Source: a virus (Duplodnaviria; Caudoviricetes). Taken from it: 64,000 bases of DNA. The notes beneath the pieces are model-generated. The model saw only the letters and a list, made by a program, of their open reading frames with translations, did not search any database and was not told the origin of the DNA. Of the stretch, positions 63,804-64,000 are shown piece by piece. How positions within the stretch are numbered: position 1 is the first letter of the stretch; the number at the start of each line of letters is the position of its first letter. The stretch spans positions 1-64,000 of the IMG/VR virus record IMGVR_UViG_3300037067_007801; one strand, given 5' to 3'. Position numbers and translations under genes: made by a program.

Positions 63804-64000
63804 CTTTCGTGCGATCAAATATTTTGGGTTGGGCTATGTTCGAGGTCTTGACGAGTTTGCAGCAAAACGCGCTTGATTTGGACCACAGCAGGGCCTTGGA
63901 TGCGTACGCAGGCGGCACGTACAACCCCAGTGCGTTCATCCAAATCAATCAAGAGTTCGTGATCGATACCACGACCGTGGTTGCTGCGAATGCCACCGGC
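63800..64000 (+). CDS. Probable tail fibre N-terminus (3' truncated by window)
   Basis: Coupled ATG, open to window end, position after baseplate genes. Confidence 0.5.
   Translation, partial: MTFVRSNILGWAMFEVLTSLQQNALDLDHSRALDAYAGGTYNPSAFIQINQEFVIDTTTVVAANATG

Noticed and set aside
1-64000. tRNA genes, Mu transposase, tyrosine integrase, terminase small subunit, holin/endolysin
   Set aside because: None recognised by eye; they may lie outside the window or be too diverged. A Mu-like structural module does not by itself imply transposition.

Overview
The whole 64 kb window is phage sequence with no host housekeeping genes. It is a GC-rich tailed phage or prophage with a Mu-like contractile-tail structural module, and almost all genes are on the + strand. 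A Myxococcota/deltaproteobacterial host is an inference from gene families. Left part (1-30.5 kb): accessory genes, including several HNH endonucleases, three DNA methyltransferases, a PAPS-reductase-like enzyme, a serine recombinase, an Arr-like ADP-ribosyltransferase candidate and an intact tmRNA. Right part (30.9-64 kb): terminase, portal-gpF fusion, protease, capsid, sheath, tube, tape measure and baseplate, interrupted by two TnpB genes and one self-contained cassette. The stand-out signal is that cassette at 56.9-58.85 kb: its own sigma70 promoter with a palindromic operator, a solitary RAMP/Cas7-like gene, then a 685-nt non-coding array of about 119 GGY-NN pentamers divided into 12 units by GGWWC-NN heptamers, then one unknown gene. 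It looks like an RNA-guided system whose guide information lies in the variable dinucleotides. All family assignments are from motif recognition by eye; no searches were run.
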